DNA of 63,927 nucleotides, the filler included, from Cercozoa sp. M6MM (taxonomy: Eukaryota > Protista > Endomyxa: Ascetosporea): assembly GCA_040357565.1 (NCBI GenBank). It is 5 parts of 5 records of this genome, joined end to end, with 100 filler letters (N's around TTAATTAATTAA, not from the genome) between each part and the next. Parts side by side here need not be neighbours in the genome. Positions count along the whole stretch, not along the records: positions 11,205 to 39,870 come from JBDODJ010000138.1; 4 more parts are not named here. One strand, 5' to 3'. Both the position numbers and the translations under genes were made by a program. Positions 13,255-25,742 of this stretch are shown piece after piece (positions within the stretch are counted from its first letter, which is position 1; the number at the start of each line of letters is the position of its first letter). Under the pieces are notes generated by a model. That model worked only from the letters and a program-made list of their open reading frames with translations, was not told where the DNA came from and searched no databases.

Positions 13255-13898
13255 CATATGGATACAAATATTAGTATATTATATAGAGTTCATACATATA
13301 TACATATATACTGTAGTACTATACATACTATATTGGTATGTCTGTGTACATGTGTGTAGACAATGTACTTATATATTGTTCATGCATATTTTTCATGCAT
13401 ATTGTTCATGTATATTGTTCATGTATGTTATTCATGTCTATTATTCATGTCTTTTTTCATGTCATGTGCATTGTGGACATGTGTACACATGCACTATATC
13501 CTACCTGACCCCTGCCTTTCCCCGCGGACAGAACGAGGCACCTCTGGCGCTGCTGATGTCGGTGCAGCAGACGCGCGAGCGCGAGCAGCTGCGCCGCCGA
13601 CTGGAGCAGCAGCGGCGGCAGCAGCTGCACCAGCTGTGGCACTACCGCGACGACGACGGGCGCGAGCAGGGTCCCTTCACGACGCAGCAGCTGGCTCTCT
13701 GGTGGCAGCAGGGACACCTGCCACGCGACCTGCCGGTGCGACGTGCCACCGAGCGACCGCAGGCCATGCGACCCATCTGTCGGCGCGACGACTGCGACTT
13801 TGTGCCGCCGCGCTGGGTCGTGCGACTGCCCGAGTATGCTATCTATGCCCTACCATACCCGAGCTCTGACTTGACCCCTTCCTTCTACACACACACAC

Positions 13899-13952
<54 letters not shown>

Positions 13953-14183
13953 CTCTTGCTGTCCCACAGTGGAACCGAGGTGTCTAAACATGACGCCGGT
14001 GTCAAGCAGCTCTTTGCCGATGGCACACTGGACGACCCTGCCGTGCAGCTGCGGCGCAACGACGTCGCCGGCGACCGCTTCCGCGCGCTCGTGATGCGCG
14101 ATGACTGCGACTTCCTCGACTCTGACTCTGACTCTGACTCTGACTCTGAGAACGACAACGTCAACGGCAAAAATGACCAGTAG
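11224..14183 (+). CDS. Multi-GYF-domain protein, 5'-partial
   Basis: GYF-like motifs YFFVDDTGGWRGPFAWERFARWYALGAL, LWQVKVTPNDVARGPFTAAAMRFWYENGQLP, LWHYRDDDGREQGPFTTQQLALWWQQGHLPRDLPVRR; acidic (DS)n tail. Confidence 0.8.
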
Positions 14184-15331
14184 CGTCACTATAGTGTTAC
14201 AGACTGACTCAGATTATGATTAACCAATCATCGAAAAGAAGATTTTTTTAATCCTCTCACGGTTCCCCGTGGAAGATTCCCGTCCGTCTACAACTCCGTC
14301 TAGTGGGTAATTTTTCACTTCGCTTCTAGAAACTGTTAATGTGATTCCGCTTCGTCCAAGTGACGACTTACCGTACTTCATCGTCGACTTACTCGCACTC
14401 CTCGCAGCGACAGCGAAATCTTGATCGGCGAGCCGCAAAGTTGTCACTTTCGCCCATGTGCGCAGTCGCGGCAAATCAGCGATCGACATCCAGCACACTC
14501 GCCTTGCGGCACCTGTGAGTTACAGTACAAATAGCCAGGGTTGAGCAAAAGATACCCGGTATCTTGAGCAGAAATGAAGCGAAGAGGCGTCATGGGCACG
14601 CAGGCGTTTCACCACGATTTGTCGATGCACACCTCGTTGTTCCTTTGCTTGTGCACCTTCTTGGCACAACTTCCGCCTGCTCCAGCAGCAAAAACAATTC
14701 CGAAAAGTGGTTCTGTAACCACAGCACCCGCAATCCTCCCATGAAAATTCGCTCGCCCAGAGAGGTACTAATTTCTGAACAGAATGGTAAAAAAAAACCA
14801 ACAATTTTATTGTAACTGTCGCCGATCCCTGATCCTACAAATGGCGCTGTCACAAGATCCTCTGCGCCTGGATCTGGGAAAAAGTGAAGTCGAAGTCCAC
14901 ATCCTGAAACCCATAGTAGATTTCACCACCGCAGCCCTCTCACATAAAGGTCTTCGCTCTGTACTGTAAGCTGAGAGACTAGCATGCCAGTACAGCTTGG
15001 TTGGGCTGGTAGCTTATGAACCTTTGCTGTGTTTATCAGGATTGGTTTGAAGAGGCAAAGCAGTAATAAAATTTAGAACCAAATGAAGCTCGTGGCTCTA
15101 GGTGGTCTCGAGCAAGGTTCTCGCCATTTTGCTGCATTGCTCCAGGACGACGACACGTAACCGGCATGGCACAAAGGAGCACGGTTGGCAGCCAGTGATC
15201 TTTTTTTCGTGACTCGCGATCGCTGATCTGCCGGTAGCAATGCTCCGCACTGACTATCTCACGCTCTGCAAGAGGTTCTGTGCTTGTATAATTACTTCCT
15301 TTATCTACTTGTAACCAAGCTGCCGAGTTAG

Positions 15332-17080
15332 ATGCAGGGTGCGGATGCTGGTATCGACATGCTTCCGTCTCAACAAGGAACCGGTGTAGCGGAGATCGAA
15401 TCGCGTATCGATGAACAACGAGCTCTGCAGCATGCATTTAGTACCTTCGCTTCTAACGTGGGGTTTGACTTATTCTGACGAGTGATGCTTGATCTGCGAA
15501 AATAGTGTGCAAGCTGTTCTGTGTTGGTTTCTTGCTAATCGCCGGCCTGGTACAGGACACTAAATTTATATCTGAGTTCGAGTTGTAAAACTTTGGGCAC
15601 AGGCTGCCGCGGCCGTAGTAACGCAGCAGCCGCTGATTGCGATCGGAATCTGGCCCGTTTTGGCCTTTTTTTTGACTGCCGTTGCCACGACGAGTTTTGG
15701 ACCAAAGCTCAAGTTCGACGAGGGTGCCATGGGACACATTTTTGGCCCAGCTTTTGTGCCGCCTGGATGGACGCAGGTACGTGCTGTACCCAAGCGTTCC
15801 TGGCTTTAATTTCGTTTCACACTTCTGAACAGATGTGGGACCCCGTGAACTGCTGCGTGGTGTGGCGGAACGACGCAACTGGCAACGTGCAGTTCTTCCC
15901 GCCGCCTGTCATGCGTGGCCAAGGTATAGTTTTCCACATCTCTGCCATTATATTTTACTTTGTTTTCAACCAAATGTGCCAACAGAGTGTTTGGAAAGCA
16001 AGGCGACACTTACAGTTGATCGTGACGGTTCTCTCGTCTCAACGTAAATTTGACTGTTTCGAGCACTGTTGCTTGCCTTTTTACCGGCCCCCCCCCCGCT
16101 TTTGAAGTGATGATCTGATTGTCAACGATCGCGATGAACTGTGGAACTTTATTCGACTGGTAGATTAATACCTCGATCAATCTTCAACAGTTTGATCTCC
16201 TTGTGCAGTACGCTTCGCCTCCTCGCCTCGCGGTCCGTGTACGTGGCTCGCACACAGAACGTGGACATCGCCGCGGCAGTGAGAGTATTTACGCTGTACC
16301 GCTGTCATGATATAATAATGGTCGTTCTTGCAGCGGAAAGGCGCGATGTCACGGATTTCCTGTACTTCATCGACGCCAGTGACGCTATTTCAGCTTTTGG
16401 TTAGTTTTTCTCGCATCTTCTTCATAATCTACCTGTTAATAGCTACCTGTTACAAGATTACTCTTTTTAGATGTCGACTTTTCGGCTGCGGGAGAACCTG
16501 TAGTTTAAATCCCTAATGTTGCATCCATTCAGTTATTCAGTTGAGTGAACGATGTTAGGTGGAGGAGTTCACAGCCTGCAATGCGCGTCTGAAAGAGTTT
16601 AAGCTCCAGAAAGTGTTTGAATGGAACATGCCATATCTTGTCGAAGCGATCACCTTGCGTTGTCGCGAGTTGTGTTATCGTCATAAAGGTGCGTTTTTCT
16701 GACTTTCCCAAGTTGCTTCTGCAGTTGTAGTTTGGCCTGCAGTGAGAGTGGACTTGGTGACGATGGGCGACTCCATGCGTGTGTACCGTAACACACGACG
16801 TGCTCGCTTGTACCACAACTTCTGGTTCCGCTACGTGCTGCTTGCCTTCCTGCCGCCACTAGCGTGCTTGCTATGGGCGTGCTGGCGCTGCGGTGCCACT
16901 CACTTGTAAGATTACTGCACCTTCTCATGCCCGTAACCTTCACTCCTCATTGACGCGTTTAATTTTCACAGCAAGGCAGAGGCGCGTTTCCAGTCGCTCA
17001 TGTCTGCCGAGCAGTGGCTGCAAACGCATTACCACGAGATTCGCACAAACAGGGCCGCCGCGGTGCAGGTGCCCGTGTAA
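15332..17080 (+). CDS. Membrane protein: two N-terminal TM helices, WW-like domain, uncharacterised C-terminal domain
   Basis: Contiguous spliced frame MQGADAG...FMCKLFCVGFLLIAGLAAAAVV...IWPVLAFFLTAVA...VPPGWTQMWDPVNCCVVWRNDATGNVQFFPP...DDLIVNDRDELWNFIRLYASPPRLAVRVRGSHTE...VTDFLYFID...RLKEFKLQKVFEWN...AEQWLQTHYHEIR. Confidence 0.65.
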
Positions 17081-17339
17081 CGCATCTAGTGATTTCTCTG
17101 CCGTACGATGGCGCGGGCAGCGATTCGATGTGTGACGTGTGATTGAAAGTTACCCCACGGGTAGCGCTACACCAACGGACGCAACTACCTGAACGAAAAT
17201 ACTGAAGCGTTTTTTGGTGACCTGATTAGACTGTTGATTGTGAGATTGTCAATTTTAGTGAAGACAACGACTAAAGAAAAGTAAGAATGTAAGGTCGTTT
17301 AATTTAGTGTTCGTTCGACGTCTCAATAAACCGAAAGAT

Positions 17340-18265
17340 ATCAGAAGAGAGAAGGTTGGTTCCCCAAGGTAGGGCCGTCGTCACAGTTGAGTGTTGAGGC
17401 TTGTTCGATGATGAACAAAAGAAAAGAACCCTCTTGCCTGCTCAAGCTAGAGCAAGTCAATTGCTTTGGTGTCAACAAGCACAGTATCCCTTGAGGTACC
17501 TGGTATTGGAAAGAGGGCCTTTATTCAATTCTTGCAGCAGTTTAAAGCTGCTCGCCACTCTACCAAACACAGGGTATGCCAAGCTAGGCAGCACTCAATT
17601 GTTAGGTTACCAGCTCTCAACCTTAGCAAAACACTTCAGTTCTTATTTGGCATGGCTGATAGTTGCTTCCACGCGGAGCAAGTAGTCAGCCGAGTAAACT
17701 GAGGTTGTTTGGTGTTGACAGTAACAAGACCCACTCAGATACTCAGACGGAGAGATGTAGATAAATTTATCATGGAGAAAATTAGTGACACAGTCGAAGA
17801 CACTGCCAAAGCGATGCATGAGAAAACAGCTTAGACAAAACCTTCACATTGATAGGCAAGCATCAGAATAGCCAAAGAGCGCAAACTTTCAAGATTCCTC
17901 TGCAACAGACTTGGAAGCTTCAAGTACAACTACGCCCGAATACGGCGAAAGTGCAATGAATTCAATGCCAGAGGCAGACTCAGGACTCCCAACTATAAGG
18001 GATGCAAACAACGACCTGGGAAAATGCAAGAAACACTCTCGACACGTACCACCGATTGCTGGAATGCAAGGTAACGGAAGCTATCAGAAACAACACCAAT
18101 ACGGCTCAATGGTGCACAATACTGGCCAACCCTGAGAACCTAGCAACACTCAACAGAATGCGCCAAGGCACCAAGATCTCCTGGGACGAGGAAGCAACTG
18201 TCGAAGGACAACCAGCCTCCCAGCAACATAGACTAGGCCACCACTCACAGCAGTGGTGGCCCTAA
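17340..18265. mobile_element. Probable decayed non-LTR retroelement fragments
   Basis: Intron-free, stop-riddled, strand-skewed composition; the plus strand carries ...NTLDTYHRLLECKVTEAIR, resembling the ET..H...C tail of the LINE ORF2 zinc knuckle. Confidence 0.35.
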
Positions 18266-19779
18266 GTCTATGTCCGTTTGTTTGTTTCATTTAGTTATCG
18301 AGTGGAGACGGGAGGACGACGGGACGACCCGACGCCGCCTGCGACGCCTCTCTACTTGTAGCCCGCTACCTGCACCAACCCTTCGGTGGCTGGGAACGTC
18401 AAAAGGGGAGGTTGTATGGTCCTACCCTAAGCGGGCGGTAGACACGGCCATGCTCTTGCGACACCCCAGACTGGTGCAGGTGAACGACATAGTTGTTTTC
18501 TAGAGGACTGATTGTACAAAAACGATGCTGCGAAGGACGACTTAGCAAGTCACACTCGCAACATAACTTTCCTGCATAGTACACGGCTACACTGTGCCCA
18601 CTACGTCTAATTGCGGTGTAGCACTCAGCGTTGTTGCGTTGAGTTTTGGTTTCAAAAACTTGAACCACAGAACACATTTAGAGGCCTTGCTTGCATAAAC
18701 TGGCTCTATTGTGTTCCGGCTGCTCATGTGTACCCGGATAGCGTCCTGGTCGAAAGTGCCAGTTTCTGCCCGGGCCAGAATTGACCCATTTTGATCGGGT
18801 CACTCCTCCGCACTCCACCCGCACACTTCGTCGAGTTATTTTACAAACCTTCCGGCGTCCTAAAATCAGATTAAGGCGATGCAACGTCTGGCGCGCCCGT
18901 CTGCGCCCGTCTGACCAATACTGGAACCCTTAATTAATGTAGTCAGCGTGACCTTTTTTGCGTCTCCCGCGTTCCGAGCGTCGGCTAAGACTTTAAACTG
19001 TGTCTAACACAAAGGATAGTTAAGGTACCATAAATTTTAGGTGTCGCCGGAGGTGAGCGAAGACGCTGCGCGTGTTTTCTGTTCTCGTTGTCTTGTTGCG
19101 CTTTCACACTTCTTGGTTGCTGTCATTTAGTCGATAGGAACAAGGCACAAGCACCAGAAAATATGGGAATTCTCTTAGTGGCTACTTTGGTCTACTTTAG
19201 CCCGGCATTTTTGAGTAAGCCTCATTTTCTTGAAACAGCAACATAACTCTTTTATATTTTATCGTTGCTGTGCAGCCACCGCCCTCGTCCTCCGAGACGT
19301 TGTGAGCTCCGCAATCTTGGAGTTTTTGGAAGCACACTCGCACCGTGCTCCGTCGCAATCCCAACAACCCCAAGATCATCGTCGACAACAAGAACGGCGT
19401 CGACCGCGTGTGTTCCTCTTACCCACCTCGTCTCTTCGAATGCGCTAGGTCTGACATTTTCTCAGAAATCTCTCGGCGCGAACGCATGCGAAGCGCCCGC
19501 CTCGCTCAAAGGTGGCACCAAGGTACGCTCACATTTTCTATGAGCAAAGCACGACACAGCATTACAAAAGCTGTTCTGCTTCCGAATTATCATGTAAATT
19601 TACGTTCAAAAACTGCTGAGCACCGCAGTGATCGGTGTTGATGCATTCAACCGACCTCTTGCTCTGAAACCGCTGTAGTCATTAATCTAACCGAGGCTCA
19701 ATGAAAAATTCTCACTTTCGTTCAGTTCACCGCAACGCCGCGTCAACTGATCGAATGGAAGCTCATACTGTAGTTTACG

Positions 19780-20250
19780 TTAGTTCAGGGACTGGTCGAC
19801 GGGAAAGACACCCGTCAGATGCTTTTACTGATGAAAGGACAGACAGTTAAAAAGGGTTCTAGAGACGAAAGGGCGTCGTCAGAACTCTGTAGTCTAGTCT
19901 ATACCGGGGTTTTAGGCACGCGCGCTCGGGCAGCGACCACATGTGATCGTGATGACGCCGGGCCGATTGGCTGCGCAAAGCGACGCCCGAGGAACGGTGA
20001 TCAAAGGTGTTGTTAGTTTCCTGCAATTGTTTTAACTCGCATACTCAGGGAGAAGTGGTTCGAGTACACACACTTTCTTGTGCTTGACGAAGCTGACCTT
20101 AACTACTTAACTACTTACTGTATGTGCACGTGCACTATACGCCCGTGCTTTGAGCAGTCTTCTCGAAGGTGGCTTCCGCAAACACCTCGATGTGATTCTC
20201 TCTGCCTGTCGCTACTCGCAAGATGGCGAAAAAGACACCGATAACAGCGA
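19780..20250 (+). pseudogene. DEAD-box RNA helicase fragment (motifs Ib and II only)
   Basis: ARALGQRPHVIVMTPGRLAA and FLVLDEADL...LLEGGFRKHLDVIL in spliced exons; no Walker A (GKT), SAT or motif VI found nearby. Confidence 0.55.
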
Positions 20251-20595
20251 GAAGTGTCGTTTTGTACGAACGTGTTGTTGCTGTGAGAATGTGGCTGTGC
20301 GTACAACCGACTGTAAGTCCTGTTGTTGTCTGCGACAATGTCGACTACCATGAAGGTTCTCTACCTCTCAATGTACAAATACACTGCAAGTTGTGTTTGC
20401 AGGAGATTGGCGACGTTGCGATGAAGGACGCACGTCTGCTCGACCATGCAGGTATCTCTTGACTCCGGTGGGATCGCTGCATGGTCGTGGCGGTTGTGGC
20501 GACGTAGATAACATGTGGTATGAGTGCCATCACCGGACTGCGAGACCGAAAAGAGGAGAAGGTCTGCAGCATTTTGCTGTGCAAGCCGACTAGCT

Positions 20596-22373
20596 TTAGT
20601 AGCGTTTTGTAAATAAATTGTTCATGCGCCAGCTCGGCATGTGTTGTTCAGTCTTGGTTCTCCTTAATCTCATGAGAAAGAACAGAACCATGAGCAAGAG
20701 AATGGGTCCGCGAATAACTTTGGACATGAGATAGAACACTCGTTTCGACACGTCAAACTGCTTGGATGCAGAATAAGTGTACTCTTGAACGGAGAATCGA
20801 ATCACATGCACGACCCCATCTCCGAACCTGCAATGTGTAAATTTACCATGACATGATGGTAAGGCTCGCTTCGAAGATGTTGCAACGTACACGGTAACAA
20901 GGCGGAGCTGATGGGTCTCATCGTCCGACAGTGCGACCACAGAGACACATTTAATGGGCTCTTTGAACTCTCGCGCAAAAAGCAGCCGTGCGTCGAAGTG
21001 CAAAATGGGCGAGCGCAGCTGATACACCCGCAACTGACGTCCGCTGGAAACTGCAACGATGGGAAGTCCTTGTTTCGTGTGCAACAGGCCATGTGGAAGC
21101 TCGAATTTCATCCAAACTGCAATAAACATGTGTAAATACGCTTGGTTTTAACACTTTGTTGTATACGTCTACCAATGCCATTGGCGTCGTCTTGTGGATG
21201 AGTGCCAGAGGTCGGCATTCCAATCATAATTTCCGAAAAAGTAGGCGCAGGCACACGCCAGCGCACAAGTTGAAGCACCCCGGATTCGCAAAGCACGAGC
21301 AGCATGTCAGCATCCTCGTCTTCCACAGGAACTGGAGCAACGGAAGAAACTGCGTCATTTTCGCACAGGCCGGTTGCGAAACGAGTTGGGAAGGTGTGAC
21401 TGTTTCCGTGCCTCACCGCATGCAGAGTATGAGGAGTTGCCAGCAATACAGTGTTCGAAAACGGAAGTGCTGCCGTTCCTACGATGCGATTCGAGCTCAG
21501 AGAGATACGATTGTACTCGCGTGCGTGGGATGAGGTGTATCGATTGGCGTCTCTGAGCAGGTTTACAAAGGCACACGAACTACGAGAAGCGACGAACACG
21601 AGTGAGTTCCGATTTTGCGTCTGCATGCCAGTCACTGTCACAGAGGACATTTCATTACTGGATGTGTTCAACGGAGTTCGAACAACTCGTTTCGTGAGCA
21701 CCGCTGTGGCCGGACTGCTGCCGTCGATCCACAATGACACCTCAAAGTGAAGCAGGTGGAGTCCTTCACTCTCTTTAAAATTGCCGGCACAGACGTACTC
21801 CAGTTCGCTCTGTGCCTTTTGTTTCTGCCTAACGAAAGGCGCGTCGGTCTGAAGGGCTCTGTTTCGGGAGAGAGTCGCGCACGAGACCGGCTGGAAAGTC
21901 GAGCTGTGAGAAGTCAAGGCGAGTTGTTCAATCAACAGTTCGAACGGAAAGAACTGTGCCAAGATTATCTCTGCATCTTTATCGTAGAAGGCCTGCACTG
22001 TGACACCCGAATTTGAAACCAAGATTTCCGTGAGTACTCTCTGCGGGGGTAGGTCTGCTCTGCTTCGGTCTCCGTAGCTTCGGTCTTCTGCGGCGGTCCA
22101 GACGCTTACCTCAACGAGATCCGTCAACAACAAGACAGTTCCTAAGTTTTCGCTGGGTAGCCTGCCCGTTTTTGTAACGTGGAGTGCTTGCGTCGGCTGT
22201 GTGATATTTTTGTCGGCTTCATTAAATGGGAAGGCGTCACTTTGAGTTTGCACCAAATGCTCGGGCGCCACAAAATTCACTTGTTTCGAAAAGCTGAATC
22301 CAAGCAGTTGCAGTAGTACCGTCGCTTGATGCAGGAACTTCATTGCTCGTCGCGGATTGGCAGAGCTTAGCAT
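20596..22373 (-). CDS. Hypothetical intron-poor protein of about 580 aa, possibly beta-propeller-like
   Basis: The 421-aa and 177-aa ORFs can be joined in frame by one GT-AG intron ending near 21117; beta-strand-rich sequence; no motif recognised. Confidence 0.55.
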
Positions 22374-22546
22374 TTTCAGTGACTACTGTCGCTTCAGTTT
22401 CAGTGGGACAAATACGACAATTCGAAATCCCCCTGTTCAACAGAAACACAGCGTGGCGGAGAATTCGAAACAAGTTTGTCCTGCTGAGATCGTTAGCTCA
22501 ACGGATACAGTACATTGGAACAGCAAAAATCTTATGCCTTTCACAA

Positions 22547-23380
22547 TGAGTTCATCCTCTAACGGTTCTGCTGGGCAAAACTGCTTGAGCGACGATAATC
22601 TACAGGACAACCAAGGAGAAAGCGAACGCATTTCGCCGCCGTCAGACGAGACGGAAAACGTAAAGATGCGCTTGCAAAAGTGGAGCGAATCTACACGACG
22701 TCGCCGCCTGCTTGGCGATCGTGCCTGGTGTGCTCGTCGATCGTATTTGTTCGCTGCATTCGAACTGTACGACACGTGCGAGCATTGTCAAACACGGCAA
22801 CTGCTGCAACCCGGGAATTCAACATCAGGTAATGAGCGAACTAAGATTTCAAAAGCAAATTGAAGTCACTGCAAGTATTTGCAGCTTTCAAACATGGCCG
22901 AACGGTGTCGGAATGCGTCAACTGCAATGCTCTCTTCGAAGTCGCACTTCCGTTTCGTCAGAATGATCTGCGCAAACTCTTTCACGTAGAACACGAGTAC
23001 GAATCTCGGCTTTGTTGCCGACTTTGCGGTCAGCATGTCGACTTGGCAATAAATGGCGCACTGATTGCCTCAAAACGATCGTAAACTGATTTCCTCGTGA
23101 CAGGGGCGTTGAGGCACTTTCAGTTTGAGTTCATCTTTGGACATTTGCACATCACAGTCAAGACGTGCAATTCGTCGAGTGTTCGATGTGCAAAGGCGTC
23201 TTTGAGGTGGTAGCGTAACTTGTTGCCTTCTTAACTGACCTAATACTCATACTAAGACTCTCCTTTTGCTTGAAGTGCTTTTGGGAACTCTGTATGAGCG
23301 TGCTGTCGCTCCAGCTGAGGTATCGGGCTGGAGTCGCGCACATTCCACTCCATAACCACAAGCCAAGTGCAAGTTAACTC
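22547..23380 (+). CDS. Hypothetical protein with two tandem C4 zinc-ribbon-like units; 3' end uncertain
   Basis: TCEHC...SECVNCNALFEV and CCRLC...VECSMCKGVFEV repeat the same pattern. Confidence 0.4.
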
Positions 23381-23565
23381 TTTCAGTTAATACAGCCTGC
23401 AAATGAGATCTACGTGTTTTACGCTCAACAGAGTTTAATTCAATTACTGTCGCGAGCGAAGTCAACACGAAGGGTTTCTCAACTTTGTCGACAAAACTGA
23501 ATAAAATACAAAATACAAGAAACGACCGACCCGGGTGCCATCTTCTCGCCTCTCGGGCCACAGCC

Positions 23566-25728
23566 ATGGTGGCCGAACAGTCACTGGCCCTTGAGAAGCA
23601 CTTACGCGAACTGGATATCGAGCTTCGTGCTTCTCGTCTTCAAGTAGGAATATTTTAGAACTATCAGCTTCCGTTCATCGATCTGTGATCTCAATTTGCT
23701 TTGCAGTGCTCGGAGTACGCTGCGTCCGCAACGACGGGTACCTGATCTTCAATTAAGCTCTTGTTTCCCTCAACTTCATGCCATGTTTAATGTCCCCTCG
23801 TCAGCTCAACGTGAACTGCTCGAATTGCGCCAAAAGTTCGCACATGCAGAACAAGAGCGCCAGCTTGCTTTTGCAAACAGTACTCAACTCAAGGGTCAAA
23901 TACGAGAATTACTCAGAGATCTCACACAAGAACGACACCGCATATCAGAGGAACAAAAACTCGTAGCCTGCCTTCGTAAGCAACTCGAGGGCAGTGAAGG
24001 TACTGCCAGCACCAGTGACTTCATTGAACCTAGCAATTGTTTCACATCGCAGCGACGCGGAAAAAACTGCAAGCGACAGTAAATGCATCAGCTGCACAAG
24101 CCAGCAAGGTCTCATCACTTTCAAGCGAGCGACGGTCCCTCAAGAAGCAATGCGCAGGGCTACAATCAGAACTCCAGGTAAATTTAGGTTCCCCGTTCAT
24201 ACAATTGGAACAGTAAAACTTGTGCGGTGCATGAAAAATGTGCCTTAGCTTACAAGGAAACAAAGAGACGAAGCCCGTTTGCAAGTCAAGAACTCAACTG
24301 CACAGGCCTTGGAACTGACGAAACAAATTCGCAAGAAGAGAAACGTTCATTCGTCTTGTGCCACCAACGAGCGTGTTCTTGCTCTTGAACGAGATCTTCG
24401 CACAGCAAAGCGTGCAGAGGTTCGACTTCGAGCAGAAACTTCGAAATTGCTGTCGCAGAAAGAAACACACCTTTTCGAGCTTCGTGCCCAGTTGAAGGAC
24501 CTCCGTGAGTCCAAAAGCAGCCGCGAACAAGCGTTTCACGAACAAGAGCGCTCTTTGCTTGAAAAGGATCGAGAGCGGGATGCTGTGTTGGCAAGTCTGC
24601 GCAGAAAGCTCAGTGCTGCGCGAAAGGAGGGAACGAACAAAAAGAAGCAAATCGCTACACTTGAAGCCGAGTTGAAAGAAGCGAAATCTCAAGTGCTCAT
24701 GCTGCAAAAGCAGGAAGAGGTAATGACGTCTGCTTTCGACGACCATAAGGCCGCAACTGAGCGGTACAAACGAATTCGCTTCTCCTTGTTGGAGTACTAC
24801 TGTAAGTATCTGGTGTGAAAAGGCTGTTAACCCAATCAAAGTTGAAGAATTCGATACTAGAAGAACAAGCGACAGCTTTGACTATCGAAAGAGAGGAAAT
24901 GCGTGAGCTGCTTAAAGCAAGTGTGTTGACGGATAATTCTCGAGCACTGCCGTCGAGGGCACCTAGCAACAGTAGCGCAAACACCTCAGAGAGTGCAGCC
25001 ACGATGCGGTTGTATCCTCCACCGCCACCTGTTGCTCTCACCAAAGTGGCTCCGAAGGTCGTCGCTAATGAAGCCGAGCTGCGCTATCAAGCGAGTCTTC
25101 GGGATGAGGTGTGCCAAATCGGCAGAATACTCGACGAAATCGAAGTGCCGGACTTTAACGAGGCTCGAGCGGCCTTGAAACATCCGCAAAGCTCGCTTGT
25201 AAGTTATGAGAGTCACCTGTGGCATCCATGTATGCACATGAGTGTGCGTGCATTGTGTAGAAAGTGCTTAAAGCTCGCGCAGTGCGAAAGTACGTCCGAG
25301 AGTTGGAAAACAGTGTGCGCGAGCACTACATCACTGCACTTCGAGTTGACAGAGCGACATCGCCGACTGCCCCGGCGAGACGAGGAACTAACGCTGTTAC
25401 TGGCCGACGTCCGTCGAAGTTGGTGCCTCCGAGACACTCTTGTATCGGAGTCTCGCCCGAAGACCGCGCGTTGACTCCGTTCCGGGCGTCACAGTTCCCG
25501 TTCATGCACTGGCAGGTTTCGCAGAGTCAACACTCCGACGACAGCAGCACGTCTACATCGTCTTCTCCAAGCAGGCAGAAGGAAAACTCTGCTCATCACG
25601 GAGACGGTGGCAGCGGATTTAGCGGAGGCTTGGAGCGCCAGACGACGCGTACGATCATAGCTAATAGAAGCCGTGGCATTGGACCTCCTCCGCCGGCGCC
25701 ACCGATCCCAGAGTTTACTGTTGATTAA
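23566..25728 (+). CDS. Coiled-coil protein with Pro-rich C-terminus
   Basis: Long E/K/R/L/Q heptad-like exons (ORFs 23696, 24279, 24815), ending PPPPAPPIPEFTVD-stop. Confidence 0.65.
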
Positions 25729-25742
25729 CTAGCAATTTCACG

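Noticed and set aside
19302-19306. In-frame TGA as selenocysteine or an alternative genetic code
   Set aside because: No selenoprotein motif or SECIS seen; conserved genes here translate with the standard code and appear to end in TAA, TAG or TGA.
21117-21139. Possible 23-nt micro-intron or programmed frameshift joining two ORFs
   Set aside because: An ordinary-sized GT-AG intron of about 54 nt using an upstream donor restores the same frame.
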